A stretch of 64,000 nucleotides of DNA, taken from positions 4,174-68,173 of the forward strand of contig JABDND010000057.1 in NCBI GenBank assembly GCA_013001145.1, given 5' to 3'. The stretch comes from Croceitalea sp. Its GTDB lineage: Bacteria; Bacteroidota; Bacteroidia; Flavobacteriales; Flavobacteriaceae. Below, one piece after another: positions 20,970 through 29,933 of the stretch. The notes below the pieces were generated by a model. It ran no database searches and was not told where the DNA came from. It was given only the letters and a program-made list of their open reading frames with translations. The first letter of the stretch is position 1. Every line of letters begins with the position of its first letter. Both the position numbers and the translations under genes were made by a program.

Positions 20970-21923
20970 TTATTTGATTGAAAGCATCCAAGCATCAGGG
21001 GTAACCGTTCTTTTGATGGTTCTTAGGTACTGGAGTGCTTCCCTTGAGTCTGAAAATGAAGCATATACCACTTGGTGTAAACCATATGCATTGGCGCCAA
21101 TATATTGAGCATTGTAACCTTGCGTTTTGAGCTGTTCCACCTTTTTGTCCGCATTCTCCTTTATGCGAAATGCACCTGCAATAATATGGTGCTGTGGCCC
21201 AGTTGGTTTTACAATTTTATCGATGTTTAATGTCAATGAAGGCAACTCCAATGGAATAGTATCAAAAAACGTAGCCTCTTGAATGTGTTTGGACACTTGT
21301 TCTTGTGCATTTTCAAGTGCGACCTGTTCCAACTTTATATTTTGCTGGTAAGACTGGTAGCCGGCCAACCCCGTTGCCAAGAGCAATAATGTAACAGCAG
21401 CATATTTGAGCAAGGGCCTTAGGGAAGCCGTTTCCCTTTTTTCTGGTGTAAAAGTTATGGGCGTGCGATCTTCTATGGCTGTAATCTCTTCTTTTAATTC
21501 TTCGCGTATGATGGGAGCCGCCGCAAAAGCCGATAGTCCAAAAGAGGAAGCCAAATAATTGATATTTTCTTCTGGTATGAATTCAATGTTACCATCACGG
21601 TTTAAGTTCAGATCACCAATTCCTTTAAGAGTTATTTGCTCCCCTTTGGCCAATTTGGTATGCCATAATTTTGAAGTTTCAAGAACCTCGTTCAAAATGT
21701 CTTCGTATGACAGTTTTTTGGCTTTCGCGATATGCGAAACCAAAAGACCATCATTTTTGGCAAGTTGCTGGTTAAACGAAATACTTTTGGCAGGTGGATG
21801 TATGGTATTGGAGGCAGCATCGATTCTTGCTGAAGTTCTTTGGGCCAAGAAAGCGCCAAATTCTGGCAATACCACACAATTGTATCGATACAGCAGCTCT
21901 TCTATATAGTGTTCAATGCGCAT
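20970..21923 (-). CDS. HU-CCDC81 domain plus TM plus SPOR domain protein
   Basis: N-terminal YNCVVLPEFGAF..ISFNQQL..NDGLL (HU-like), TM helix, C-terminal HIIAGAF..NA..AWML (SPOR). Confidence 0.85.
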   Translation of the reverse strand: MRIEHYIEELLYRYNCVVLPEFGAFLAQRTSARIDAASNTIHPPAKSISFNQQLAKNDGLLVSHIAKAKKLSYEDILNEVLETSKLWHTKLAKGEQITLKGIGDLNLNRDGNIEFIPEENINYLASSFGLSAFAAAPIIREELKEEITAIEDRTPITFTPEKRETASLRPLLKYAAVTLLLLATGLAGYQSYQQNIKLEQVALENAQEQVSKHIQEATFFDTIPLELPSLTLNIDKIVKPTGPQHHIIAGAFRIKENADKKVEQLKTQGYNAQYIGANAYGLHQVVYASFSDSREALQYLRTIKRTVTPDAWMLSIK

Positions 21924-22028
21924 AAAGGCAAATATTACAAAAAAAGGGGCAATACAAAATTAACCCCCTTACTTTTTATTAACATTCTAAATGCTGTATT
22001 TTGTGAATATTCTAAAGTATGCCATTCA

Positions 22029-23132
22029 ATGACTGACAACGAGCTTATTGCAATCTTGAGATTGCAGCGAATACCAAATATTGGTGATATCAATGCCAAA
22101 AAGCTTATTCAACGCTGTGGTAATGCGTTGGCCATTTTTGAATCTAAAAAAGAGCATTTGCTTAAAATTGAAGGTATTGGTACGGCCACGCTCAAGGGGC
22201 TTTATGATACCATCTATTTGGAAGAGGCCCAAGCTGAGTTGCGGTTTATCAAGGATAATGATATCGCTTTTGACTATTATCAGGATAATACTTACCCCAA
22301 GCATTTGAAGCATTGCATTGATGGCCCAATTTTGCTTTTCAAAACAGGAGCTATTGAATTGAATTCAAGAAGAATAATCAGTGTGGTCGGCACTCGAAAT
22401 ATTACCAGCTATGGTCAATCATTCTGTGATACTTTTATTGAAGAAATAGCACCCCTTGACCCCATAATTGTAAGCGGTTTTGCATATGGTGTAGACATTG
22501 CGATACAAAAAGCAGCTATGGAGAATGGTTTACAGACCATTGGTTGTTTGGCGCATGGATTGAACCAAATATACCCAAAGACCCACAAAAAGTATATGAA
22601 CAAAGTTGAAAGAAATGGTGGGTTTTATACTGAATTTTGGAGCACGAGCAATCCTGACCGAGAAAATTTTTTAAAACGCAACCGGATTATTTCAGGTATG
22701 AGTGAAGCAACCTTGGTCGTAGAATCTGCCGAAAAAGGCGGTAGTTTGGTTACGGCCGATATAGCAAACAGTTATAATCGTGATGTGTTTGCCGTTCCGG
22801 GCCGCAGTTCAGATAAATTTAGTGTAGGCTGTAATAACCTGATCAAACAGCAAAAAGCTCAAATGATCACTTCAGCTGCCGAACTGGTCTATTTGCTGGG
22901 CTGGCAATTGGAAGAAAAAACCAAGCCGGCTGTACAAAAACAATTGTTTATTGAATTGGACGACACCGAAAAAGTGATTTATACCTATTTGAACAGTAAG
23001 GGCAAACAATTATTGGATACAGTTGCTCTGGAATGTAAACTACCCATCTATAAGGTATCTTCCACACTTTTGAATATGGAGATGAAAGGGGTTGTAAGGC
23101 CTTTGCCGGGAAAACTGTTTGAGGTTATTTAA
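22029..23132 (+). CDS. dprA: DNA-processing protein DprA
   Basis: SVVGTR, IVSGFAYGVD, FLKRNRIISG, VVES..KGGSL; real start MTDNEL at 22029. Confidence 0.95.
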   Translation: MTDNELIAILRLQRIPNIGDINAKKLIQRCGNALAIFESKKEHLLKIEGIGTATLKGLYDTIYLEEAQAELRFIKDNDIAFDYYQDNTYPKHLKHCIDGPILLFKTGAIELNSRRIISVVGTRNITSYGQSFCDTFIEEIAPLDPIIVSGFAYGVDIAIQKAAMENGLQTIGCLAHGLNQIYPKTHKKYMNKVERNGGFYTEFWSTSNPDRENFLKRNRIISGMSEATLVVESAEKGGSLVTADIANSYNRDVFAVPGRSSDKFSVGCNNLIKQQKAQMITSAAELVYLLGWQLEEKTKPAVQKQLFIELDDTEKVIYTYLNSKGKQLLDTVALECKLPIYKVSSTLLNMEMKGVVRPLPGKLFEVI

Positions 23133-24097
23133 CAACCTACTTTAGTGCGCACTCTTTCCAATACCCCATTAGCCACTTTTTTGGCTTTTTCGGCACCGAT
23201 GGACAAGGCTTGGTCAATTTCTGCAAGGTTGTTCATGTAATATTCGAAACGTTCACGGGGCTCTTGAAATTTATCTACAATGAGTTCATACAAGGCTTGT
23301 TTGGCATGGCCGTAACCATAATTACCTGCCAAATAATTGGCGCTCATTGCTTCAATTTCCGGTTGGTCTGCCAATAATTTGAAAAGTGCAAATACATTGT
23401 CCTTGGCTGGGTCTTTGGGTTCCTCCATGGGGGTGCTATCGGTTACAATCCCCATTATTTGCTTTCTCAATTTTTTATCATCTTGAAAAATGTTGATTGT
23501 ATTGTTTTTGCTTTTGCTCATTTTTTCACCATCCGTGCCAGGCACATACATGGTATTTTCTTGAACTTTTGCTTCAGGCAATACAAAGGCCTCTCCAAAT
23601 TGATTGTGAAAACGCGAAGCTACATCGCGGGTCATTTCCAAATGCTGCAATTGATCTTTACCCACGGGCACAATCTCGGCATCATACAATAAAATATCGG
23701 CAGCCATTAACATCGGATAGCTAAAAAGACCTGCATTGACATCTTCCAAACGATCTGCTTTGTCTTTGAACGAGTGTGCCAAGGTCAAGCGCTGATAAGG
23801 GAATAAACAACTCAAATACCAAGCAAGCTCTGTTACTTGTGGCACATCGCTTTGGCGATAAAAAACCGTTTGTTCTATGTCTAAACCAAAAGCCAACCAA
23901 GTGGCCGCTGTGGCATAGGTATTGTAACGGAGGGTCTCACCATTTTTGATTTGGGTCAACGAATGCATATTGGCAATAAATAGAAAAGATTCGTTTTCAG
24001 GATTTTTTGCCATTGCCATAGCAGGCATAATTGCCCCTAAAATGTTACCTAAATGAGGGACCCCTGTACTTTGTATCCCAGTTAAAATTCGTGCCAT
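23129..24097 (-). CDS. trpS: Tryptophan--tRNA ligase
   Basis: TGIQ..HLGN, YPMLMAADILLY, VPVGKDQ, KMSKS. Confidence 0.98.
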   Translation of the reverse strand: MARILTGIQSTGVPHLGNILGAIMPAMAMAKNPENESFLFIANMHSLTQIKNGETLRYNTYATAATWLAFGLDIEQTVFYRQSDVPQVTELAWYLSCLFPYQRLTLAHSFKDKADRLEDVNAGLFSYPMLMAADILLYDAEIVPVGKDQLQHLEMTRDVASRFHNQFGEAFVLPEAKVQENTMYVPGTDGEKMSKSKNNTINIFQDDKKLRKQIMGIVTDSTPMEEPKDPAKDNVFALFKLLADQPEIEAMSANYLAGNYGYGHAKQALYELIVDKFQEPRERFEYYMNNLAEIDQALSIGAEKAKKVANGVLERVRTKVGC

Positions 24098-24194
24098 TTA
24101 ATTATATTAATGGCGTAAAAGTAAGAATCCATCAAGGATAAAAAAAGAAAGCTAAATTGATAGTGGAGTTTTTTGAAAATTCTACTTTTGAAAG

Positions 24195-24941
24195 GTGACC
24201 AAACTTTTAAAGAACATAGGCTTTGCCAGCTACCGTATTTGGTTCTACATATTGGTGGCGTTGCCCATCTTTATTTTCTTGCCATTTTTGATTTTGACAA
24301 CCTTGTCTGAAAAAACCTATAACCAATTTTTTTGGCTGGCCCGTAATCTTTGGGCCAAAACCATTTTATATGGTATGGGCTGTCCACCGCAAATACGTAC
24401 AGACCAAATCTTGGAAAAGGGAAAGAGTTATATGTTCGTGGCAAACCATACCAGCATGCTAGATATAATGTTGATGTTGGTAGCGGCAAAAAGGCCTTTT
24501 GTGTTTGTGGGGAAATATGAATTGGTCAAAATACCTGTTTTTGGCTTTTTTTATAAAAGGGTTTGCATTTTAGTAGATCGCGAAAATCCAAAAAGTAGAA
24601 CAGCAGTGTACCGCCGGGTACAAAGACGGCTAAAGCAAGGATTGAGCATTTGTATTTTTCCTGAAGGAGGCGTGCCCGAAGAAAGTGTATTACTTGACCG
24701 TTTCAAAGATGGAGCTTTTAGAATGGCCATTGCCCACAAAATTCCGGTTGTGCCCATGACATTTTTTGATTGCAAAAAACGGTTTTCCTGGACTTTTTTT
24801 AGTGGCGGCCCTGGCAAGTTGCGGGTACGCATCCACCCCTTTTTTGAAACTGGGATATTGGGTGTTGAAGATACCTCCACTTTAAGAGAGGAAGTAAGGG
24901 AAGAAATTTTAAATGATTTATTGTTGGATAATTCTAAGTGA
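24195..24941 (+). CDS. plsC: 1-acyl-sn-glycerol-3-phosphate acyltransferase family protein
   Basis: NHTSMLD (HX4D) and IFPEG; GTG start. Confidence 0.88.
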   Translation: MTKLLKNIGFASYRIWFYILVALPIFIFLPFLILTTLSEKTYNQFFWLARNLWAKTILYGMGCPPQIRTDQILEKGKSYMFVANHTSMLDIMLMLVAAKRPFVFVGKYELVKIPVFGFFYKRVCILVDRENPKSRTAVYRRVQRRLKQGLSICIFPEGGVPEESVLLDRFKDGAFRMAIAHKIPVVPMTFFDCKKRFSWTFFSGGPGKLRVRIHPFFETGILGVEDTSTLREEVREEILNDLLLDNSK

Positions 24942-24981
24942 ACTAAAAACATAGATAGCCCAACAGCCTCATCATTTGTAT

Positions 24982-26442
24982 CTAAAATTTATAACGTACA
25001 CCACTGTATACCCCAACGGAATAAGGTCTAAAATCACCAGCGGTCTCCGAGAAGGTGTTGAGTTGGTATTTGAAAATAGGCTCCATGCTCAGCTGTATTT
25101 TTGGTGTAAACTGATAATTTAGGCCTAATCCAATATTAGTGCTAAAATTTAAATTGTTCACATTATTGGCCTCGCCCATTTCGGTTATTAACCCATTTGA
25201 TTCCAGGGTAACGGCATTATCAACGAGAAACAGGGAGCTAACCCCACCTATTATGTTCAATCCGAATTTGGCATCTAAAATCGCATAATTTAATTCAAAC
25301 GGAACTTCAACGTACCCCAATTGTTGCACCATACGTCCATCCAAAGTTGGGTTTGTGGCCAAAACTTCTCTATTTGATAAATCGCTCGGCAAAGCATTGG
25401 TTTTGGCTTTGCTCTGAACAACCAGGTTTCTTGATGTTTGGGAATAGTTGATATTATCTATCAATTGATTGGTAGAGGCCAACAAAGAAGATGAGAACAG
25501 CACATCTTCCGTATCATAGCCATAATCAACTTTGTGAATTCCGGAGCGTACACTCAATTTATTACCCAATTGGTAAGAAACGGTCAAGCCATAACTTAGA
25601 TTGATATTACCAGATTTTGAATTACTTGAAAAATTGGAATGAATGGGAGACCCTTCGCCAATAGCTGCAAAATACACCGGGGCAACAGCAGGCCCCATGT
25701 TCCACTTGCCATTGTTTTGTTGATCCGCTACTATAGTTTCTGCGTTATCGGTATCTTGCTCATCAATGGCTTCAAAAATCGATTTTTTGTCATCTTCGGG
25801 CGTAGATTGTACAACAGACTCTGCTTCGGTTTTGTTTTTATTTATTATCGATTCATCTATTTCATCTTGCTGCTCTAGTATTGGTTTTTCATTTTGCTTT
25901 GCAGGTATTGTAGAGGCGAGCGCCTCCTTATTTGTAAAAGGCAATAGTTCGGAATTGTTGGTTTTTTGATCAGCTTTGGTTGTGTTGTCTTTTTTGACGG
26001 TACTCGTAGTGCCCGTGATTTTTGCAAACTTGTCAATCTTTTCACCCTTTGGTTTATTTAAATCTGAATTTGCTTTTATTTCTTTTGAATCTTCTGTCTT
26101 GTTTTCTTCCGCTACTTGTATTGAATTTTCAAAAGCATCTTTTTTGACATCTGTCTCTTTTCTCCTAAAATCTTCTCCGTTTGTTGGTAATGAGGTTTCA
26201 GACTGTTTTGTGTCCGTTACTGATGGTATTTCGACTTCGATTTTTTCAAAAGGATTTATTACATATAATAAGAGTACAAAAATTGCTGCTGCTCCACCCC
26301 AATACCACCAAAAGGGAACTACACGTTTCTTTCTTTTTTTCTCCAAAGAAGCCTCAATATCTTTCCAGACCCTTTCATCGGGTGATTCTTTAAAATCCTT
26401 TAAGCGTTCCTTGAACAGCTTGTCCATTTCGTTATTTTCCAT
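24982..26442 (-). CDS. Putative anti-sigma factor with C-terminal outer-membrane beta-barrel
   Basis: Short N-terminal DKLFKE.L....SP...VW..I domain, one TM helix, about 180-aa charged linker, beta-strands ending GVRYKF; directly after an ECF sigma. Confidence 0.75.
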   Translation of the reverse strand: MENNEMDKLFKERLKDFKESPDERVWKDIEASLEKKRKKRVVPFWWYWGGAAAIFVLLLYVINPFEKIEVEIPSVTDTKQSETSLPTNGEDFRRKETDVKKDAFENSIQVAEENKTEDSKEIKANSDLNKPKGEKIDKFAKITGTTSTVKKDNTTKADQKTNNSELLPFTNKEALASTIPAKQNEKPILEQQDEIDESIINKNKTEAESVVQSTPEDDKKSIFEAIDEQDTDNAETIVADQQNNGKWNMGPAVAPVYFAAIGEGSPIHSNFSSNSKSGNINLSYGLTVSYQLGNKLSVRSGIHKVDYGYDTEDVLFSSSLLASTNQLIDNINYSQTSRNLVVQSKAKTNALPSDLSNREVLATNPTLDGRMVQQLGYVEVPFELNYAILDAKFGLNIIGGVSSLFLVDNAVTLESNGLITEMGEANNVNNLNFSTNIGLGLNYQFTPKIQLSMEPIFKYQLNTFSETAGDFRPYSVGVYSGVRYKF

Positions 26443-26453
26443 ACTTAAAAAGT

Positions 26454-26984
26454 TTAAGCAATGTTTATTTTTTCTTTATCAATTTTTGCTTTCAAAATCA
26501 TTCTTGCCCTAGCCAAGTTTGATTTTGATGTTCCTGTAGAGGTGCCCAATAGCTTGCTTATTTCTTTATGGCTATAGCCATCCAACACGTACAAATTGAA
26601 AGTCAACCGATATTTATTGGGTAATTCTTGAATGTATCCCAATAGGGTTGCCAAATTAATTTCGGTTGCTTCGGTTTCAATCATGGGCTCATCGCCCAAA
26701 TTTTCAGAAACCACTTCCATATGGCGTTGTTTCCTATATTTCTGTAAAACGGTATTGACCGTTATTCTTTTCATCCAACCTTCAAAAGACCCTTTGTCTT
26801 TAAATTGACCTATTTTTTCATAAATGGTCATAAAGCTGTCATGCAGATTGTCTTCGGCCTCGGTTTTATTACGAGAATATTTAAGGCACATTCCAAAAAG
26901 AACGGCCGAATATCTACGGTACAATTCTTCTTGTGCCTTTCTATCGCTCTTTTTACACTTATCTATGAGCTCTTTTAGACTCAA
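26454..26984 (-). CDS. ECF RNA polymerase sigma factor
   Basis: AEDNLHDSF, SFEGWMKRITVN, GYSHKEIS..LG...GTSKSNLARAR. Confidence 0.95.
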   Translation of the reverse strand: MSLKELIDKCKKSDRKAQEELYRRYSAVLFGMCLKYSRNKTEAEDNLHDSFMTIYEKIGQFKDKGSFEGWMKRITVNTVLQKYRKQRHMEVVSENLGDEPMIETEATEINLATLLGYIQELPNKYRLTFNLYVLDGYSHKEISKLLGTSTGTSKSNLARARMILKAKIDKEKINIA

Positions 26985-27010
26985 AATTTTGGTCTGTTAG
27001 TTTTATAGTT

Positions 27011-27433
27011 TCAATTATTCATTGTCACGGGCACTTCATATTCCAAATAGGTTGGGTCGCCATTAAGGTCCTCGCCTGAATAAAAACGAAGGATGTACGT
27101 ACCTGAATATATTGCTTTCATAGTGTATATGGCTGTGATGGAATCATTGGTCGTTTCGCATGTTTGATCCGTAAGTTCAGATCCTATGGCCACTATATTG
27201 CGAACACCGTCATTTTCTGATATTACCTCAAAGCCTTGAAAATAGGTGCAATTATCAGGTCTTTCATAAGTGATTTGAATATTGTGCGTGCTGTTGAAGT
27301 CAAAACTTTCGGGGACTGCCGCCGAAGTAATCTTCAACGACACAAAATAGAAATTTTCACCAGTTTTAATGTCGCATCCATTAAAAATAAGCGTTACGCA
27401 CAATACACAAAGTATGCCCAGTTTGTTTTTCAT
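27011..27433 (-). CDS. Hypothetical lipoprotein, first gene of the ECF operon
   Basis: Lipobox FNGC, two further Cys in the mature part, beta-rich. Confidence 0.75.
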   Translation of the reverse strand: MKNKLGILCVLCVTLIFNGCDIKTGENFYFVSLKITSAAVPESFDFNSTHNIQITYERPDNCTYFQGFEVISENDGVRNIVAIGSELTDQTCETTNDSITAIYTMKAIYSGTYILRFYSGEDLNGDPTYLEYEVPVTMNN

Positions 27434-27453
27434 TACAACATCTAATGCCTTAG

Positions 27454-27480
27454 AAGATGCTTGTTAAATGCAAGGGTTGC
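27454..27480 (-). promoter_or_regulatory. ECF-type promoter of the lipoprotein-sigma-anti-sigma operon
   Basis: Minus strand GCAACC-N15-CATCTT, 20 nt before the ATG at 27433. Confidence 0.7.
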
Positions 27481-27518
27481 GTAATTATCGATAGTGGTAG
27501 GCGGTAATTGCTGTTCGC

Positions 27519-28526
27519 TTATGCCTTAACAGTATTGATGGCTTCTTTGATTTTGGCTTCGAGCTCTTCGGCCAATTCAGGATTGTCTTCCAACAAATTC
27601 TTAACGGCATCCCTGCCTTGACCCAATTTAGTCTCGCCATAGCTGAACCAAGATCCACTTTTCTTTATGATTTCATAGGCCACGCCCAAATCAAGAACTT
27701 CTCCTATTTTAGATATTCCCGCACCATACATAATATCAAATTCTGCGGTTTTGAAGGGTGGTGCAACTTTGTTTTTTACGACCTTTACCCTTGTTTTGTT
27801 GCCCAATACGGCACCATCGGTGTTTTTTATTTGTGTTGATCTTCTAATATCCAATCTAACCGAGGCATAAAACTTAAGCGCGTTGCCCCCAGTCGTAGTT
27901 TCTGGATTGCCGAACATCACTCCTATCTTTTCACGTAGTTGGTTGATAAATATGACCGTACAATTGGTCTTGCTTATGGTTGAGGTCAATTTTCGCAGGG
28001 CTTGTGACATCAATCTTGCATGTAGTCCCATTTTCGAGTCTCCCATTTCACCTTCAATTTCACTTTTTGGTGTTAAAGCAGCCACGGAATCAATGATGAC
28101 AATATCAATCGCACCCGATCTAATTAAATTTTCCGTTATCTCTAAAGCCTGTTCCCCGTGATCGGGTTGCGAGATAATTAAATTATCAATATCAACCCCT
28201 AAATTTTTAGCATAAAATCTGTCAAATGCATGTTCCGCATCTATAAAAGCGGCAATGCCACCATTTTTTTGAGCTTCGGCTATGGCATGCAATGTGAGCG
28301 TTGTCTTTCCCGATGATTCAGGACCGTAAATTTCAACAACTCGCCCTCTTGGGTACCCACCAACGCCCAAGGCGATGTCCAATCCCAATGAACCTGACGG
28401 AATCACTTCAACATCTTCAATGACACTATCCCCCATTTTCATTACGGCACCTTTTCCGTAGGTTTTATCCAGTTTATCCAGGGTAATTTTTAACGCTTTT
28501 AATTTTGCCTCGCTTTGATTGCTCAT
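27519..28526 (-). CDS. recA: Recombinase RecA
   Basis: [32 protein letters not shown]. Confidence 0.99.
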   Translation of the reverse strand: MSNQSEAKLKALKITLDKLDKTYGKGAVMKMGDSVIEDVEVIPSGSLGLDIALGVGGYPRGRVVEIYGPESSGKTTLTLHAIAEAQKNGGIAAFIDAEHAFDRFYAKNLGVDIDNLIISQPDHGEQALEITENLIRSGAIDIVIIDSVAALTPKSEIEGEMGDSKMGLHARLMSQALRKLTSTISKTNCTVIFINQLREKIGVMFGNPETTTGGNALKFYASVRLDIRRSTQIKNTDGAVLGNKTRVKVVKNKVAPPFKTAEFDIMYGAGISKIGEVLDLGVAYEIIKKSGSWFSYGETKLGQGRDAVKNLLEDNPELAEELEAKIKEAINTVKA

Positions 28527-28582
28527 TTTTTAAAAAATTAGACGATAAAAATACCACTTCTTTGTCATTTCTGGAATGTTGC

Positions 28583-28609
28583 GCAACCTTTTTAAATCAA
28601 GTTCATCTT
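28583..28609 (+). promoter_or_regulatory. Second copy of the ECF-type promoter
   Basis: GCAACC-TTTTTAAATCAAGTT-CATCTT, same boxes and 15-nt spacer as 27454-27480. Confidence 0.65.
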
Positions 28610-28614
28610 TCAAT

Positions 28615-28737
28615 CAACCATTTTAAATAGAGATAGGCAGGTTTTTAAAGTATTATGACCACATTTTCAAAGTTTACCTATGAAAAAGAAAGGTAAGTGG
28701 TCAAAGGGCATCTTTTCCCAAGGATGCCCTTTTATTT
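28615..28737 (+). ncRNA. Candidate ECF-dependent small RNA (about 120 nt; 5' end approximate)
   Basis: Follows the ECF promoter; internal stems TGACCAC/GTGGTCA and TTACCT/AGGTAA; ends in a strong terminator; trhO has its own promoter further downstream. Confidence 0.5.
28703..28737 (+). terminator. Rho-independent terminator in the divergent recA-trhO spacer
   Basis: AAAGGGCATC..GATGCCCTTT followed by TATTT. Confidence 0.75.
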
Positions 28738-28801
28738 CTATTTCTTACTTTTGTGGGCTGAATACTCGCTTAACATTCTTTAACTTAAATATTGGTATAG
28801 C

Positions 28802-29851
28802 ATGCAACTGTACAATACATTAAGTGCAAAAGAGAGGGAAAAACTGATTGAGGAAGCCGGAAAAGAGCGGCTGACCATCTCTTTCTATAAATATGCACAA
28901 ATAGGAAATCCTAAAATTTTTAGGAATCATCTTTTTGTTCACTGGGACACTTTGGAAGTACTAGGAAGAATTTATGTCGCCAAAGAAGGGATCAATGCCC
29001 AACTTTCTGTTCCTGCCGACAATTTTGAGGCCTTCAAAGCCCATTTGGACAGCATTTCTTTTTTAAACAATGTTCGCTTGAACATTGCCATTGAACAAGA
29101 CAATAAATCGTTTTTAAAACTCAAGATCAAGGTTCGGCATAAAATAGTTGCCGATGGTCTAAATGACGGGACTTTTGATGTAACCAAAAAAGGGGTTCAT
29201 GTAGATGCCAAAAAATTCAATGAACTCATTGAAGACCCGCAAAGTATAGTGGTTGATATGCGTAACCATTATGAAAGTGAAATAGGCCATTTTGAAAGAG
29301 CCATCACCCCCGATGTAGACACCTTTAGGGATTCTCTAGATATTATTGAGGAACAACTGGCAGCACATAAAGAAGACAAGAAACTGGTTATGTATTGTAC
29401 AGGGGGCATTCGCTGTGAAAAGGCCAGCGCTTACTATAAGCATAAGGGGTTTAAGAATGTGTACCAATTGGAAGGGGGAATCATCGAATACACCCGTCAA
29501 GTTCGAGATGAAGGATTGGAAAACAAATTCAAGGGAAAAAACTTTGTGTTTGACCATCGTCGCGGGGAGCGTATCTCTGAAGATGTCATTGCCCAATGCC
29601 ATCAATGTGGCCAGCCCTGTGATACCCATGTAAACTGCGCCAATGAAGCATGCCACTTGCTGTTCATTCAATGTGAAAATTGCGCTCAAGCCATGGACGA
29701 ATGTTGTTCGGATTCTTGTAAAGAAATCCATGCACTGCCCTTTGAAGAACAGAAAAAACTGCGAAAGGGCAAACATGCCAGTAATAAAATATTCAAAAAG
29801 GGACGTTCCGAAGTGCTAAAGTTTAAAAAGCAATCCCAATACCCTACTTAA
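28802..29851 (+). CDS. trhO: tRNA U34 hydroxylase TrhO (YceA/UPF0176, rhodanese domain)
   Basis: GRIYVAKEGINAQ, DMRNHYE, YCTGGIRCEKA, Cys-rich C-terminus; TACTTTTG promoter at 28746-28753. Confidence 0.92.
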   Translation: MQLYNTLSAKEREKLIEEAGKERLTISFYKYAQIGNPKIFRNHLFVHWDTLEVLGRIYVAKEGINAQLSVPADNFEAFKAHLDSISFLNNVRLNIAIEQDNKSFLKLKIKVRHKIVADGLNDGTFDVTKKGVHVDAKKFNELIEDPQSIVVDMRNHYESEIGHFERAITPDVDTFRDSLDIIEEQLAAHKEDKKLVMYCTGGIRCEKASAYYKHKGFKNVYQLEGGIIEYTRQVRDEGLENKFKGKNFVFDHRRGERISEDVIAQCHQCGQPCDTHVNCANEACHLLFIQCENCAQAMDECCSDSCKEIHALPFEEQKKLRKGKHASNKIFKKGRSEVLKFKKQSQYPT

Positions 29852-29933
29852 ATTGTGCTATATTTACGTTTAGTTAATTTATGAACCCTTTTTAAGGAAA
29901 TAGAAGTTATTTTCTTAAGTCAACATAAGCAAT

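Noticed and set aside
21840-22028. Long N-terminal extensions in the ORF track (dprA; also 7103, 31015, 38478, 38930, 48578, 52704, 55578, 57459)
   Set aside because: They overlap neighbouring genes or promoters and precede the recognisable N-terminus or signal peptide, so downstream starts were used
28527-28582. Possible SOS box upstream of recA (GGAATGTTGCG)
   Set aside because: It matches only half of the GGA-N5-TCC motif reported for Bacteroidota LexA-like repressors
28655-28696. 13-aa ORF read as an attenuator leader peptide for trhO
   Set aside because: No run of regulatory codons, no clear antiterminator, and trhO has its own promoter after the terminator; kept only as an alternative to the sRNA model
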